A stretch of DNA of 59,183 bases, filler included. It is 8 parts of 8 records of this genome, joined end to end, with 100 filler letters (N's around TTAATTAATTAA, not from the genome) between each part and the next. Parts side by side here need not be neighbours in the genome. Positions count along the whole stretch, not along the records: positions 9,256 to 19,691 come from SRR31147125_63922; positions 19,792 to 25,589 come from SRR31147125_63955; 6 more parts are not named here. The stretch is one strand, 5' to 3'. Shown here in pieces: positions 10,351 through 20,043 of the stretch (the stretch's first letter is position 1; each line of letters begins with the position of its first letter). A program made the translations under genes and the position numbers. The notes under the pieces were generated by a model, which was given only the letters and a program-made list of their open reading frames with translations, ran no database searches and had not been told where the DNA came from.

Positions 10351-10977
10351 TTAAGGCAGAAATGTTGATGATGTCGGCGGCAAGAAAGTTGAACTCGTCG
10401 GCGGTAGCGTGGGGCCTTCGGTGGTCGGAGTTTCCGTTGAGGAGACTGTTGTTGTAGGGTCGGGTTCCTCACCCTCGGCGGGGATCTTGACCGAGCAATT
10501 ACCGGTGTTAACCGCACCTTCAACCTGGACCACAAGCGCAACAGCGGTGATGCCCGGACCGCCGGCAATGGTGATGGTGGCTCCGTACCTGCCCTCTGAG
10601 TTCGTGGTAGTGGTGACCGTCACCGGGGATCCGGCCCCCGCCGGTGTCGCAGTGATTGTCGTGGTAAGACCGGATACTGAGGGAGTGACGAATCCATCAA
10701 CCCTTACTGATACCGAGCTTGTCGACCTGTCTCCCCCAGCGAGGCTGGACGTACAGGGGTCGTAGATGGTCAGGCCGCTGGTGGCGGCGTGGGCCGGGAT
10801 GAATACCTGCTTGATGATCGGTGTCGACCAATTGTTTGGAACAACGTGGTAGGCCGTGACTGCACCAACAAGGCCGGCGATTGTCTTTACGGCTTTTCTC
10901 CTTGATGAGTTCTGAGGATCTTGCCCCTGGATTTCTTCGCTATTGCAGATCTCTGTTTCTTTCGTCATGTGTCTCAC
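10351..10977 (-). CDS. Putative Tat-exported protein: WxxP...PAHA leader, small beta-rich domain, Ser/Thr/Pro-rich repeat tail (alternative ATG at 10968)
   Basis: SRRKAVK twin-arginine motif, hydrophobic stretch, WSTPIIKQVFIPAHA-ATS; two Cys in the mature part; tail ...TLPPTSSTFLPPTSSTFLP. Confidence 0.8.
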   Translation of the reverse strand: MRHMTKETEICNSEEIQGQDPQNSSRRKAVKTIAGLVGAVTAYHVVPNNWSTPIIKQVFIPAHAATSGLTIYDPCTSSLAGGDRSTSSVSVRVDGFVTPSVSGLTTTITATPAGAGSPVTVTTTTNSEGRYGATITIAGGPGITAVALVVQVEGAVNTGNCSVKIPAEGEEPDPTTTVSSTETPTTEGPTLPPTSSTFLPPTSSTFLP

Positions 10978-11298
10978 CCTGTAGCCTCAAATTGATACTA
11001 TTTTTATGGTATGAAGCGCTCTATGGTTGTCTTTTTTAGTTTCCTCAATACTCCTAGCAAAATGATCGGGTTAATTCAAGAATTTGTTTGTCTGGCTGGA
11101 AAGGAGGGGATAAGAAAACGTGAACATTTCAGAATGGATCGAGGCATGTAGAGGTTACTATTATTGATGAAAAGTGTGTATTTCATGGTAGCCTGAGGCA
11201 GGTGGACAGCAAGCGGGGAGACGATCCCCTGGCATCGCTATTCGTTGGGCCAGCAGAAACAGAAGCACAGAGCGAAAAGAGATTGTGTAAGGGGAGTA

Positions 11299-12144
11299 AT
11301 GAGACGATTCTATAGATTTGGGTTCAGCAGCCAGTCGTTCGAAATTGAGATCAATAATGACCAATCCTACGGTCTTGCCGAGTTTCTTTTCCGGGACCTG
11401 CCATCGGTTGCCGGGAGGAAAGCCCCGGAAAGGTATGCAATCATCGCGGCCGGTGCGCCAGCGAAATGGTCGCTGTGGCGCGAACAGCAACTGCTCTATT
11501 TCGGTGAGTCGAAACACGAGCTGGCGTGCATGTTGATGAGCGAGGTTGTGTATAGGTCGGTGGAAGGAACAGACACGCAGATAGCGCTGCATGGGGCCGC
11601 GGTGTATCGCGGTGACTCGTGCGTTATCCTGCCTGGAAGTAGCGGGGCCGGGAAAAGCACTCTGGCTTCTTGGCTTATTTCACACGGCTATGGGTATCTC
11701 ACCGACGAATTGGTCCTGCTCTCCCCGGAGGGGACTGTGACTCCCTTTACCCGTCCCATAAGTCTCAATGTGCTGCCAGGCCATCTCGCCTGGGGACTTG
11801 AGCCCGGTCTTGAAGAGCATGTGGTACTGGGGGACGGGGAAAACCCCGGTGCTCTGGTACCGCACCGCCTGCTCAATGGTGGCTTCAGACCTGTCAGGCC
11901 GATCGTCACCCACTTGGTTTTCCCTGAATTCTCATCCGGTGTCCAGCCGCGGTGCAAAGAGTTGACTTCGGCCGAGAGCCTGCTGTTCCTGTTGCAATCC
12001 CATGTCAATGTGAGGATTCTGCCGGATCACGGCATGCCCTCTCTCTCGGCACTGGTCAAAAGATGTCGCTCCTACCATCTTGTTTATGGGAGTTTTGATG
12101 GCATGGATCAAATCTTCAAATCCCTGCTTGCAACCAGCCCATGA
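11299..12144 (+). CDS. HPr kinase-related serine/threonine kinase (lasso-peptide kinase-like)
   Basis: LHGAAV, Walker A GSSGAGKST, YLTDE, PFTRPI; RBS AAGGGGAG before ATG 11299. Confidence 0.8.
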   Translation: MRRFYRFGFSSQSFEIEINNDQSYGLAEFLFRDLPSVAGRKAPERYAIIAAGAPAKWSLWREQQLLYFGESKHELACMLMSEVVYRSVEGTDTQIALHGAAVYRGDSCVILPGSSGAGKSTLASWLISHGYGYLTDELVLLSPEGTVTPFTRPISLNVLPGHLAWGLEPGLEEHVVLGDGENPGALVPHRLLNGGFRPVRPIVTHLVFPEFSSGVQPRCKELTSAESLLFLLQSHVNVRILPDHGMPSLSALVKRCRSYHLVYGSFDGMDQIFKSLLATSP

Positions 12145-13286
12145 ATCGTATCCCCCTGCTTGATATGTGTGCGCGGATAGAAGGGCACGACGTGCAGCAT
12201 CGTCTTCTCCGCCAACAATGTGGCGAGGTGTCAGACTGGAAACACCTCATTGCCAGGGCTGAGTTGGAAGGGATGGGCCCGCTCGTCAAAAAACACTTGG
12301 AAGAATCCGGGTGCCCGGTCCCCGTCCATGCCCGTCGCAGCTTGACCATGCTCCTGCGGCGTCACCAGCGCGAGGCGGAGGTTCGCTCCGATGTGCTCAG
12401 GGAAATACTGAAAACCCTTGGTGAACACGACCTGACCCCGATCCTCATCAAAGGGGCGGCGCTCGCGGTTACCACCTATCCTTGCCCATCACTGCGACCG
12501 ATGCGTGACATCGACCTGCTGCTACGCCACTCCGACGTCGACGCTGCCCAGCAGCTCATGCGGGAGATGGGTTTTGTCCAGCCCAATGCACCGATTCCAC
12601 CCGGTCACTACCACCTGCCTTCACTCAGCAGGAACGTTGAAGGTGTACCGATCTGTATAGAACTGCACCGTGGCATTTATCCGGACTGTCCACCGTGGTA
12701 TCCGGGGATCGATTTTGACCGGCTTCTCGCGTCTGCCAAACACATCGAACTGGAGGATAGGGAGGTGGCGACCCTGGGAGATCTGGATACCCTCGACTAC
12801 CTCTATCAGCACGGTTTCAGAGCTCCGCTCACGTACGAGACTTACCGTCTGATCAACGCTGCAGACCTGATCGGTTTCGTTGAAAAAAACTGTCACGAAC
12901 TGGATTTCGGCCAGATCCGCACCCGGTATCCTTCCCTCTATCGGGCATTGCCGTTCATGCACTATCTTACCCCGTGGGATGAATCCATCGTTGAAGATTC
13001 ATTTGCGATCCCGCCTTCTGGCCCAACCATGCTCCCGCTACCTTTCAGCGGTTGGCCACAGCGCAGGCTCAAACGATTCCAGGCTGATGGGCAGAAAATA
13101 CACCATATCCTCGCATCCACCTTTCTTCCGCCACGATGGTGGCTGTCTATCTATTACGGAGCAACCTCTCCTCTCCAGCGCCTCGGATGCCTCTGCTGGG
13201 CACATCCCCGCCATGTGCTGTGGTGGGCGAGATTGCTTTTCTCGGTGGCTCGGGAAAAAGAGCGGAGAAGCGATGGGGTAGGGTGA
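12141..13286 (+). CDS. Nucleotidyltransferase family protein (NTP_transf_5-like)
   Basis: LIKGAALA...YP...RPMRDIDLL, IELH; 4-bp overlap with the kinase. Confidence 0.85.
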   Translation: MNRIPLLDMCARIEGHDVQHRLLRQQCGEVSDWKHLIARAELEGMGPLVKKHLEESGCPVPVHARRSLTMLLRRHQREAEVRSDVLREILKTLGEHDLTPILIKGAALAVTTYPCPSLRPMRDIDLLLRHSDVDAAQQLMREMGFVQPNAPIPPGHYHLPSLSRNVEGVPICIELHRGIYPDCPPWYPGIDFDRLLASAKHIELEDREVATLGDLDTLDYLYQHGFRAPLTYETYRLINAADLIGFVEKNCHELDFGQIRTRYPSLYRALPFMHYLTPWDESIVEDSFAIPPSGPTMLPLPFSGWPQRRLKRFQADGQKIHHILASTFLPPRWWLSIYYGATSPLQRLGCLCWAHPRHVLWWARLLFSVAREKERRSDGVG

Positions 13287-13308
13287 GGCGGTTGACGATC
13301 GGGAAAGG

Positions 13309-13887
13309 TTAAAAATACCTCTCCAACAGGTCGTAGTCGGTCGAGTAGAGGGCTTGTATCCGCTCTCTATCCTGGCCGGTCAATTCGATATAGATGGTGT
13401 CGGACTTGTTGATCTGAGGTAGTCTCACTTGCGGATAGCCACAACTCCTCAGCATGGTGTTAAGGTTTTGTTCCAGGTTGGTAGTTCCCAGGATGAGGTG
13501 TACTTTTTGAATTCTGTGGTCAAACAGCCAGGTATGCTGAGCATGCCAGCTGAGGTGTCTGAGCTTACGATGTTCCTGAGGCTTTTCCAGGTCATCGAGG
13601 ATTTCAGGGATTGTCATATCCTGTAATGCTTCTCGGTCCTGGTGAGGGTGATGCTTGAAGTCATGCCAATAGGTTCTTTCAGATTTCGCAAATTTTACAG
13701 ACGACAGGAAGCGATCGATGGGGTCCCTGACTACTGCAAAAGAGATATAGCCATCCGGTACATCCCTCCACGTTACATGCTGACTGCTGCTAATCTGGAG
13801 GTTGAGTGCAATACACAGTGAGGTACCTGCCGTTTTGGGGACATGTACCAGAAAGAGCTTTTGGTTTTTATTCAGTGAAATGGGCAT
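13309..13887 (-). CDS. Sulfotransferase family 2 protein
   Basis: PAPS motifs VHVPKTAGTS and VRDPIDRFLS. Confidence 0.85.
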   Translation of the reverse strand: MPISLNKNQKLFLVHVPKTAGTSLCIALNLQISSSQHVTWRDVPDGYISFAVVRDPIDRFLSSVKFAKSERTYWHDFKHHPHQDREALQDMTIPEILDDLEKPQEHRKLRHLSWHAQHTWLFDHRIQKVHLILGTTNLEQNLNTMLRSCGYPQVRLPQINKSDTIYIELTGQDRERIQALYSTDYDLLERYF

Positions 13888-14015
13888 TTGTGCACTCAGC
13901 TGATTCTATCTGCAATAAAACCGCTGTTCGAAGGTATAAGTATCTCAAGGAATGAGAAAGATGAGGTTCCCATAATAATGTACTGGATTGTGAAAGAGAC
14001 CGAACTGATGTCTCT

Positions 14016-14714
14016 TCATGCGAAATCATAATTGAATATGCTGATATCTCTATGGTAGATGGCTGCAACTTCGTCTATCAACCTGTCAGTGTAGTAGTCC
14101 TGGTAGTTATCTTTTTTCTTCGACGGATTTCTGTGAAATTCAATGAAGTCGATACCGATGGTTTGGGTAACGTGCAGTAGGTCTTCGTCAAAATTCTCGA
14201 ATCTTCCGATGAAATCAACTTCATTGAGATCTATCAGCTTCGACTGAAGTCTCAGGTGGTGGTCGCAGTGCCGTATATCCTTCTGTTTCAAGAACTCGAC
14301 GAAGTTATCGAATGACTGCATCTGGAGTAACTCATCATCGGTAAACTTGAAGTAATTGTTGTTGACCACTTTGTTGTGCCAGCAGGATACAAGTCTGTCC
14401 CATGGATTCCTGACGAATGAAAACTTGAAGTAGCTATCGTAGGATTGTGGGGAGTAGTGGCAGAACATTGGATGCGCTGCATCGAGAAACAGGTTGTTTT
14501 TTTTCAATATACTGAGAATGCTTCGTGATCCCACCTTGGCTACCCGATACCACAGAAACTTCTTTTCTTCGCACGTCGTAATGTTGTAACTATACCGGGT
14601 GGGGAGATGGGGGAAATGGTTCTGCAGGGTTTGTGAAAAACGCTGGTATAAACGGTTTGCTCCATTCAACCTCATCGGAGAGCCTTGTTCAGTTCTGAGT
14701 AAAACCATCGTCAA
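14016..14714 (-). CDS. Sulfotransferase family 2 protein (start uncertain)
   Basis: WYRVAKVGSRS, FVRNPWDRLVS, FIGRFENF, IYHRDISIFNY. Confidence 0.85.
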   Translation of the reverse strand: MTMVLLRTEQGSPMRLNGANRLYQRFSQTLQNHFPHLPTRYSYNITTCEEKKFLWYRVAKVGSRSILSILKKNNLFLDAAHPMFCHYSPQSYDSYFKFSFVRNPWDRLVSCWHNKVVNNNYFKFTDDELLQMQSFDNFVEFLKQKDIRHCDHHLRLQSKLIDLNEVDFIGRFENFDEDLLHVTQTIGIDFIEFHRNPSKKKDNYQDYYTDRLIDEVAAIYHRDISIFNYDFA

Positions 14715-14954
14715 TCACTGTGGATACATCATTGATGCGTAAAAGGCAGCGGGATCATTCATCTGCGATACTGGCAAATTGTCACAGGTTGCCGCATAAT
14801 GCAAGGCGGTAATTTCTCCTGGCTAGAAACGAAACCTGGCAATTATACTGAGGGCAAAACAAAATATATATGCTTGCGGCACAATTTCCACACGCGTCTT
14901 TATTTTGATCCAAAACCAGATTTGTTCATGGTTTCTGTAGGGTTTCCTTTATCG

Positions 14955-15704
14955 CTATTCAAATGTATAATTAAAATTCGCTATGTCAGAACTGTAGTAT
15001 TGAGCAACAAAGTCTCTACACTCCAGATCGTAATAGTTCTGGTATGTATTGTAACGGGGAATTGATCTGTAGCGACGATTCTTTTTAATGGAGGTAGCGA
15101 ATTTTATCGGATTAAGGCTGAATTTCGGAGCTTTTTTAAGGGGACTGGAATTTATATGAGGTATTTGAACAGGCGATAGTCCAATCCTCTTGCATACAAA
15201 GTCAAAGCTGTCCTGCAGTTGCTCGAACCGGCCGACATAATCGACCAGCAACTCTCCATTGTCATTGAACAGAAATTCTGTTTGTGGACAGATGAACCAA
15301 TACTTTTCAGTAGTGAGGTTGTTCTTAAATTCGCGAAAAAGAAATGTTTTGAAATCATATTCTGAGTCATACCCCAGATATTTGTAAAAGGACACCACAC
15401 GGCTCCATGGATTCCTGACAAAACTGAATTTAAAATAGCTCTCAAACATGTCCTGAGGCATATATTTATAACGAACATACTCCGTTGCTTTCAGATGAGC
15501 GAGTCGTGGAGGGCCGAGTTCAGGTCGATTATTATATCTGAGAAGGAGTGGGGCGCGATTCTCCCAACTCAGGTCAAGGAGCTTGAGGAATACATGTTCA
15601 ATGCTCATGCCCGCATTTTTGGGAATATGAATGAACACGCACTTATAGTGATGACAAAGCATGTGTTTTTTCCTGAATGTGATGCAAGTGGTTCCGATTC
15701 GCAA
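14955..15704 (-). CDS. Sulfotransferase family 2 protein (likely start ATG near 15662)
   Basis: FIHIPKNAGMS, FVRNPWSRVVS, YVGRFEQL, YSSDIANFNY. Confidence 0.88.
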   Translation of the reverse strand: MRIGTTCITFRKKHMLCHHYKCVFIHIPKNAGMSIEHVFLKLLDLSWENRAPLLLRYNNRPELGPPRLAHLKATEYVRYKYMPQDMFESYFKFSFVRNPWSRVVSFYKYLGYDSEYDFKTFLFREFKNNLTTEKYWFICPQTEFLFNDNGELLVDYVGRFEQLQDSFDFVCKRIGLSPVQIPHINSSPLKKAPKFSLNPIKFATSIKKNRRYRSIPRYNTYQNYYDLECRDFVAQYYSSDIANFNYTFE

Positions 15705-15721
15705 TCAAGGTAGCCTTAAGA

Positions 15722-16624
15722 CTATTTTGATTGCAATGTGGAACAACTCACCGATTTAAGTATTTCATCTAGGACAATATTGGTATCGTATTTGTTAAAA
15801 TAGTCCATGGTTCCTCGGGGACCGTTTTTAAAGAAAGTCGCTGCGGAGGGACGGTGCATCTTTATGTTCTGGTAATAGTCACGCGACATGGTTCGATAGT
15901 GGTTGATTGCCAGGCTCATGGTTGGGATATGAGACTCCCTAAAATAGAGACAATAGGGTAGTGGCTCCCCCAGGAGTTTGAGGTTGTCGGGTTCGCAGGA
16001 CGGGCGTAATTTTCTTCCATTCTTTAACCGATGATTGTGGATGCCCAACACGAAATGCTTCCATGATTTCTGGTTATCCGTCGGCCGTTCTGCAAGCGCT
16101 TTTGTCCTGACGATGGTCTTGAAGCTTGTCCAGCCTTTCTTGTCATAGTCATCACGATAAACAAATGAATGGACGATACTCTTTGGTTGTTCGACCAAAC
16201 CACTCGAACCAAAAGACAGCCAGGGTACAGCCAGGGCATCTATATCCTCGTATCGTTCAAGCACGGCCTTGATATCGTCGCTGCCATCTCGCGGATAAAG
16301 GTATTCGTCAATGTCGATGATCGCGACCCACCGACTCTCGTGCCGAAGGGTCTCGAGATACCATTTGTCATAGGCAAACCATTGACGGAAATTACCAGGT
16401 TCGTCCATTACATCCACTAGTCCGCAGGCTCTATACGGTGCCAAGATTTCCTGGTAATTATCGCTGCTTTCGTTGTTGATCAGGTAAAAATGTTGGCATC
16501 CAAAGCGAAGATGATGGTCGATCCACTCTTTGAGCGTTGGCGCTTCATTTCTGAAGATTGCGCAGACACTCAGTTCATATTGTGGGGTATGGGGAGATTT
16601 TCGAGTCATGGTATAACATTTCAC
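15722..16624 (-). CDS. GT-A glycosyltransferase (GT92/GT2-like)
   Basis: VCAIFRNEAPTLKEWIDHH, FYLINNESSD, DxD motif DIDEYL, INHY. Confidence 0.82.
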   Translation of the reverse strand: MKCYTMTRKSPHTPQYELSVCAIFRNEAPTLKEWIDHHLRFGCQHFYLINNESSDNYQEILAPYRACGLVDVMDEPGNFRQWFAYDKWYLETLRHESRWVAIIDIDEYLYPRDGSDDIKAVLERYEDIDALAVPWLSFGSSGLVEQPKSIVHSFVYRDDYDKKGWTSFKTIVRTKALAERPTDNQKSWKHFVLGIHNHRLKNGRKLRPSCEPDNLKLLGEPLPYCLYFRESHIPTMSLAINHYRTMSRDYYQNIKMHRPSAATFFKNGPRGTMDYFNKYDTNIVLDEILKSVSCSTLQSK

Positions 16625-16893
16625 GTGTTTGTCGGTTTCATCGGTGCTGCCAAATCCAGGATTATAAATTTATCACGATGCCATCTGATTCCAACTCGCA
16701 ATCAAGAAGACTTTAAAATCAAATCTCATCCAGTTAGATCCTTTTTCGGTAACCTCTTATAGCAGTACAGAGAGCGATCACTCTTGTGTGTCACCTGATC
16801 CACAACGCTATACACAAAAACCTTGGATTTCTTAACCATTTTTCAATGGTTGGCCCTTGTGGAAAAATCCTGCAGCGCATACATCCGATCATC

Positions 16894-18345
16894 TCACAGA
16901 ATCGGTGACGTCAAATTGGCAAACCTGACAAGCACCCAGAACCAGAGCGGTTTCTCATCGAGCTCTCGCTCGTCCATGAGCCTGGAGTTGGCAAAATCTT
17001 CTTCAAACATTTGCTCAACCTGCTGATTGAAGTCCCGGTCGTTTACTAATGCGGTGATCTCAAAGTTCAGTCGGAATGATCTGTTGTCGAAATTTGCCGT
17101 TCCGATTCCGGCAACGGTGTCATCTACGAGAACCGCTTTCTGGTGCATGAAGCCTTTGGTGTAGCGGTAAAACTGAACACCGCTTCCGGCCACCTGTCTG
17201 AAGTAGGAGTAAGCCGCAAGGTAAACGATGAGATGATCCGGGTCATCAGGGATCAGTATGCGCACATCGACACCTCGCATGCGTGCGAGGTGCAGCGACG
17301 TCATAATGCTTTCATCGGGGACAAAATAGGGGCTTGCTATCCAGACCCTGCTCCTGGCGGAGTTGATGGCATGGGCGAACATCAACCCGGCGGTATCATT
17401 AGTATCCGCCGGGCCGCTCGGGACGATCAGTACTTCACGGGAACCTCGCGGCTCCAGTGATTTCTGCCAGTTGAGCTCGAGAATCGAGTCCGTTGCCCAG
17501 TTCCAGTCTTCCAGAAACGACAGCTGTAAGGGGAGGCATGCCGGTCCTTCTATTTTGAGGTGTGTGTCACGCCAGAACCCGAATTCCGGATCTTTTCCCA
17601 TGTATTCATCACCAACGTTATGTCCGCCGAGCCAGCCTGTTTTGCCGTCGACGATGACAACTTTCCGGTGATTTCTGAAGTTAATCTGGAAACGATTTCT
17701 GGGACCCTTTCGGGAGTGGAAGCTCGAGACATGAATACCCTCGGTTGTCATGTCCTCGATGTAGGACGACGGTAATTTGTAGCTCCCGATTTCATCGTAG
17801 AGAAAAAAGACGTCAACACCCTGTTTTGATTTGGAGATCAGGCGGGATTTCAATTCTCTGCCAAGCTCGTCATCTTTGATGATATAAAACTGGACGAGGA
17901 TATAGTCCCGGGCCTGCTCAATTCCGTCGAATAGAGATGCGAAGGTGGCTTCTCCATTGAGGAGTAACTCCGTCGCGTTACCGGTCAGCATGGGAACCTT
18001 GGCGAGTCGTTCGGCAGCCATTGCTATCTGGCTGGCGTTGCTTGCCGGGGAGATAAAACGCCTCTTCTCCTCCGTTAGCTGTCGTGCAAGAGATGCAAGA
18101 TCCGAGTCTTCGATCTGCCTTGACAGTATGTACCCCTCGAACTTGCTTCGTCCCAGCACCCAGTATGCAGGCAGGGCAACGAGAGGAAATGTGTTGAGCG
18201 ACACGACCCACGCGATTGCGCCCTGCGAGGTTCTTGTCTTCATAACCGCGTCGATTGACGAGATAAAACCAACGGCATGAAGAATCAGGAAAATGAGGGA
18301 TAGGTAGGTGCTTTTTTTAATGAAAGCCTTTGTTTTGGTCAGCAT
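16894..18345 (-). CDS. cls: Cardiolipin synthase
   Basis: Two HKD motifs (NHRKVVIVD, MHQKAVLVD), N-terminal TM helices, SPYFVPD. Confidence 0.93.
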   Translation of the reverse strand: MLTKTKAFIKKSTYLSLIFLILHAVGFISSIDAVMKTRTSQGAIAWVVSLNTFPLVALPAYWVLGRSKFEGYILSRQIEDSDLASLARQLTEEKRRFISPASNASQIAMAAERLAKVPMLTGNATELLLNGEATFASLFDGIEQARDYILVQFYIIKDDELGRELKSRLISKSKQGVDVFFLYDEIGSYKLPSSYIEDMTTEGIHVSSFHSRKGPRNRFQINFRNHRKVVIVDGKTGWLGGHNVGDEYMGKDPEFGFWRDTHLKIEGPACLPLQLSFLEDWNWATDSILELNWQKSLEPRGSREVLIVPSGPADTNDTAGLMFAHAINSARSRVWIASPYFVPDESIMTSLHLARMRGVDVRILIPDDPDHLIVYLAAYSYFRQVAGSGVQFYRYTKGFMHQKAVLVDDTVAGIGTANFDNRSFRLNFEITALVNDRDFNQQVEQMFEEDFANSRLMDERELDEKPLWFWVLVRFANLTSPIL

Positions 18346-18360
18346 GTCGTTTCGGTAACG

Positions 18361-19456
18361 CTACCTGGGGTTGTCTGGAGTCAGGAACCAGTATGGAAGC
18401 GTGTCTTTGAATAATTGGTTAAGTTGTGATCGTTGAGATGCCGGTCTGCCCGTATGCAGTAGCTCGGTGAGATCCCCAATCACCTCGGGGTTAAAAAGAT
18501 GGTAGAGGTGACCGGACAACCGCCTGTTGCTGATGCCTGACAGGTCGACCGTCTCAACTCCTTCGAATATCGTCAGGTTCGTTCCGGCCTGACCGAGCCG
18601 TGGATAGCCATGCACTTCCTCGGATAACCTCAGTGCCCTGTCATTTTCTGAGACATAGACGGTGATGCGCCCAACGATACTGCTGAGTTTCTCGAGATCC
18701 TGGTGGAACACGCCGGTATCAATATCAGGTGCGATCAGTATCAGCTCATCGACCAGCTTGTCCGAACCATATTTATAGGAGAGACGTACGAGTGACTGGA
18801 CAACTCCCCGTGCACCGAGACTATGAGCCACCACATCTATTCCACCATTCCCGGTCAATGAAACGACTTCTTCAAGAAATGCGGCCATATGCGGGACACT
18901 CCACACCAGATCGGATTCGTCCCACGTGTACTTCAGCATATTGCCGTCTGCGGGCCAGCTGAACAGCAGCAGCTTGTCCTGAAGACCAAGCGCCCTCTGA
19001 AAAGAGCTGTGCGCCGGCAGCTTTTTTCAAAATCGATGTTATATCCGTGCACGTAGAAGACCAGGTTGCCATCGTTTTGAGTGGTCTGAGATTGAATACC
19101 GTCTGAGAGGTCAGATAGGGGAACCTCCTGTATGCTCGTCAATTCAATTTTTTCATCAGGAATATAGAAGGGGACCGATTCGGCAATATCTCCGACCCCC
19201 CAGATTGGAGAGAAACGCACTGAACACACCCCTGCACGTAATTCGCCACGGTTCCCTCCAAAATAGTCTGAAGGGGCTGGCTGTCCTGTTTTGTTTCTGA
19301 GTGTTACATAGGGGACTGAGATCAAAGGAGCCTGCAGGTCTCCCCTTCCGTTCTTCTCTGATCAAACTGTGATTTCTGTGTACTTTCTGCCGATGGAACC
19401 CAGCAGCCAGCCAGGAGGATTGTTCCAAAGATGATACACAGCAGTTTTTTGTGCAT
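18361..19456 (-). CDS. DUF900-type alpha/beta hydrolase lipoprotein, two apparent frameshifts
   Basis: MHKKLLCIIFGTILLAGC lipobox at 19456; YVHGYN; FSWPADG after a shift at the A4 run near 19000; nucleophile AHSLG; APDID; second shift near 19345. Confidence 0.75.
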
Positions 19457-19691
19457 GATTGCTCTTTGTGTGAGTTCGAGAATCGATGGTATGAAGCGTC
19501 AATTTCCTGCACTCCGTAATCTACTCACCCAGAGTAATCTAAAATTGCAATGGATGCGAACAGGGGAAGATAAGAGAGAGTCAGAGAAAAAAACCGGTTC
19601 GCGTGAGGGAGAATTCAGATGTGTATATTCGTCATATTATAGTATACTATGCGATTCGTCTTAACTAGTTTCGATCCGAAAACGATCATTT

Positions 19692-19791
19692 NNNNNNNNN
19701 NNNNNNNNNNNNNNNNNNNNNNNNNNNNNNNNNNNTTAATTAATTAANNNNNNNNNNNNNNNNNNNNNNNNNNNNNNNNNNNNNNNNNNNN
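19692..19791. other. Artificial contig spacer
   Basis: N-TTAATTAATTAA-N, 100 bp. Confidence 0.98.
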
Positions 19792-19797
19792 AATTCT

Positions 19798-20043
19798 TCA
19801 GGGCTTATACCAATTTCTCCACTCTAGTCCTTCTTGTCTGTATTTCAAAACTCTTTCCATGTCTTCATCTGTCCAGTTCCTATACTTGCGACAGCTTCCA
19901 TCAGCTTTTGTGTAACCATCTTTACCAGTACCAGAGTTCATAGAAGCTAATGCCTTGGGTATAGACAGCTTATCATTCAAAATCCAAGCAAGTAACGCAT
20001 ACCAATTACATACTGTGGTATAATACTCTTCCATTATGTCCAC
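19798..20043 (-). CDS. Small hypothetical, possibly phage-type protein with HTH-like C-terminus
   Basis: RBS GAGGTGG before GTG; WTDEDMERVLKYRQEGLEW resembles an HTH start. Confidence 0.35.
   Translation of the reverse strand: MDIMEEYYTTVCNWYALLAWILNDKLSIPKALASMNSGTGKDGYTKADGSCRKYRNWTDEDMERVLKYRQEGLEWRNWYKP

Noticed and set aside
9256-13286. Canonical lasso peptide cluster
   Set aside because: No asparagine-synthetase-like cyclase, transglutaminase-like peptidase, RRE or short precursor on this contig
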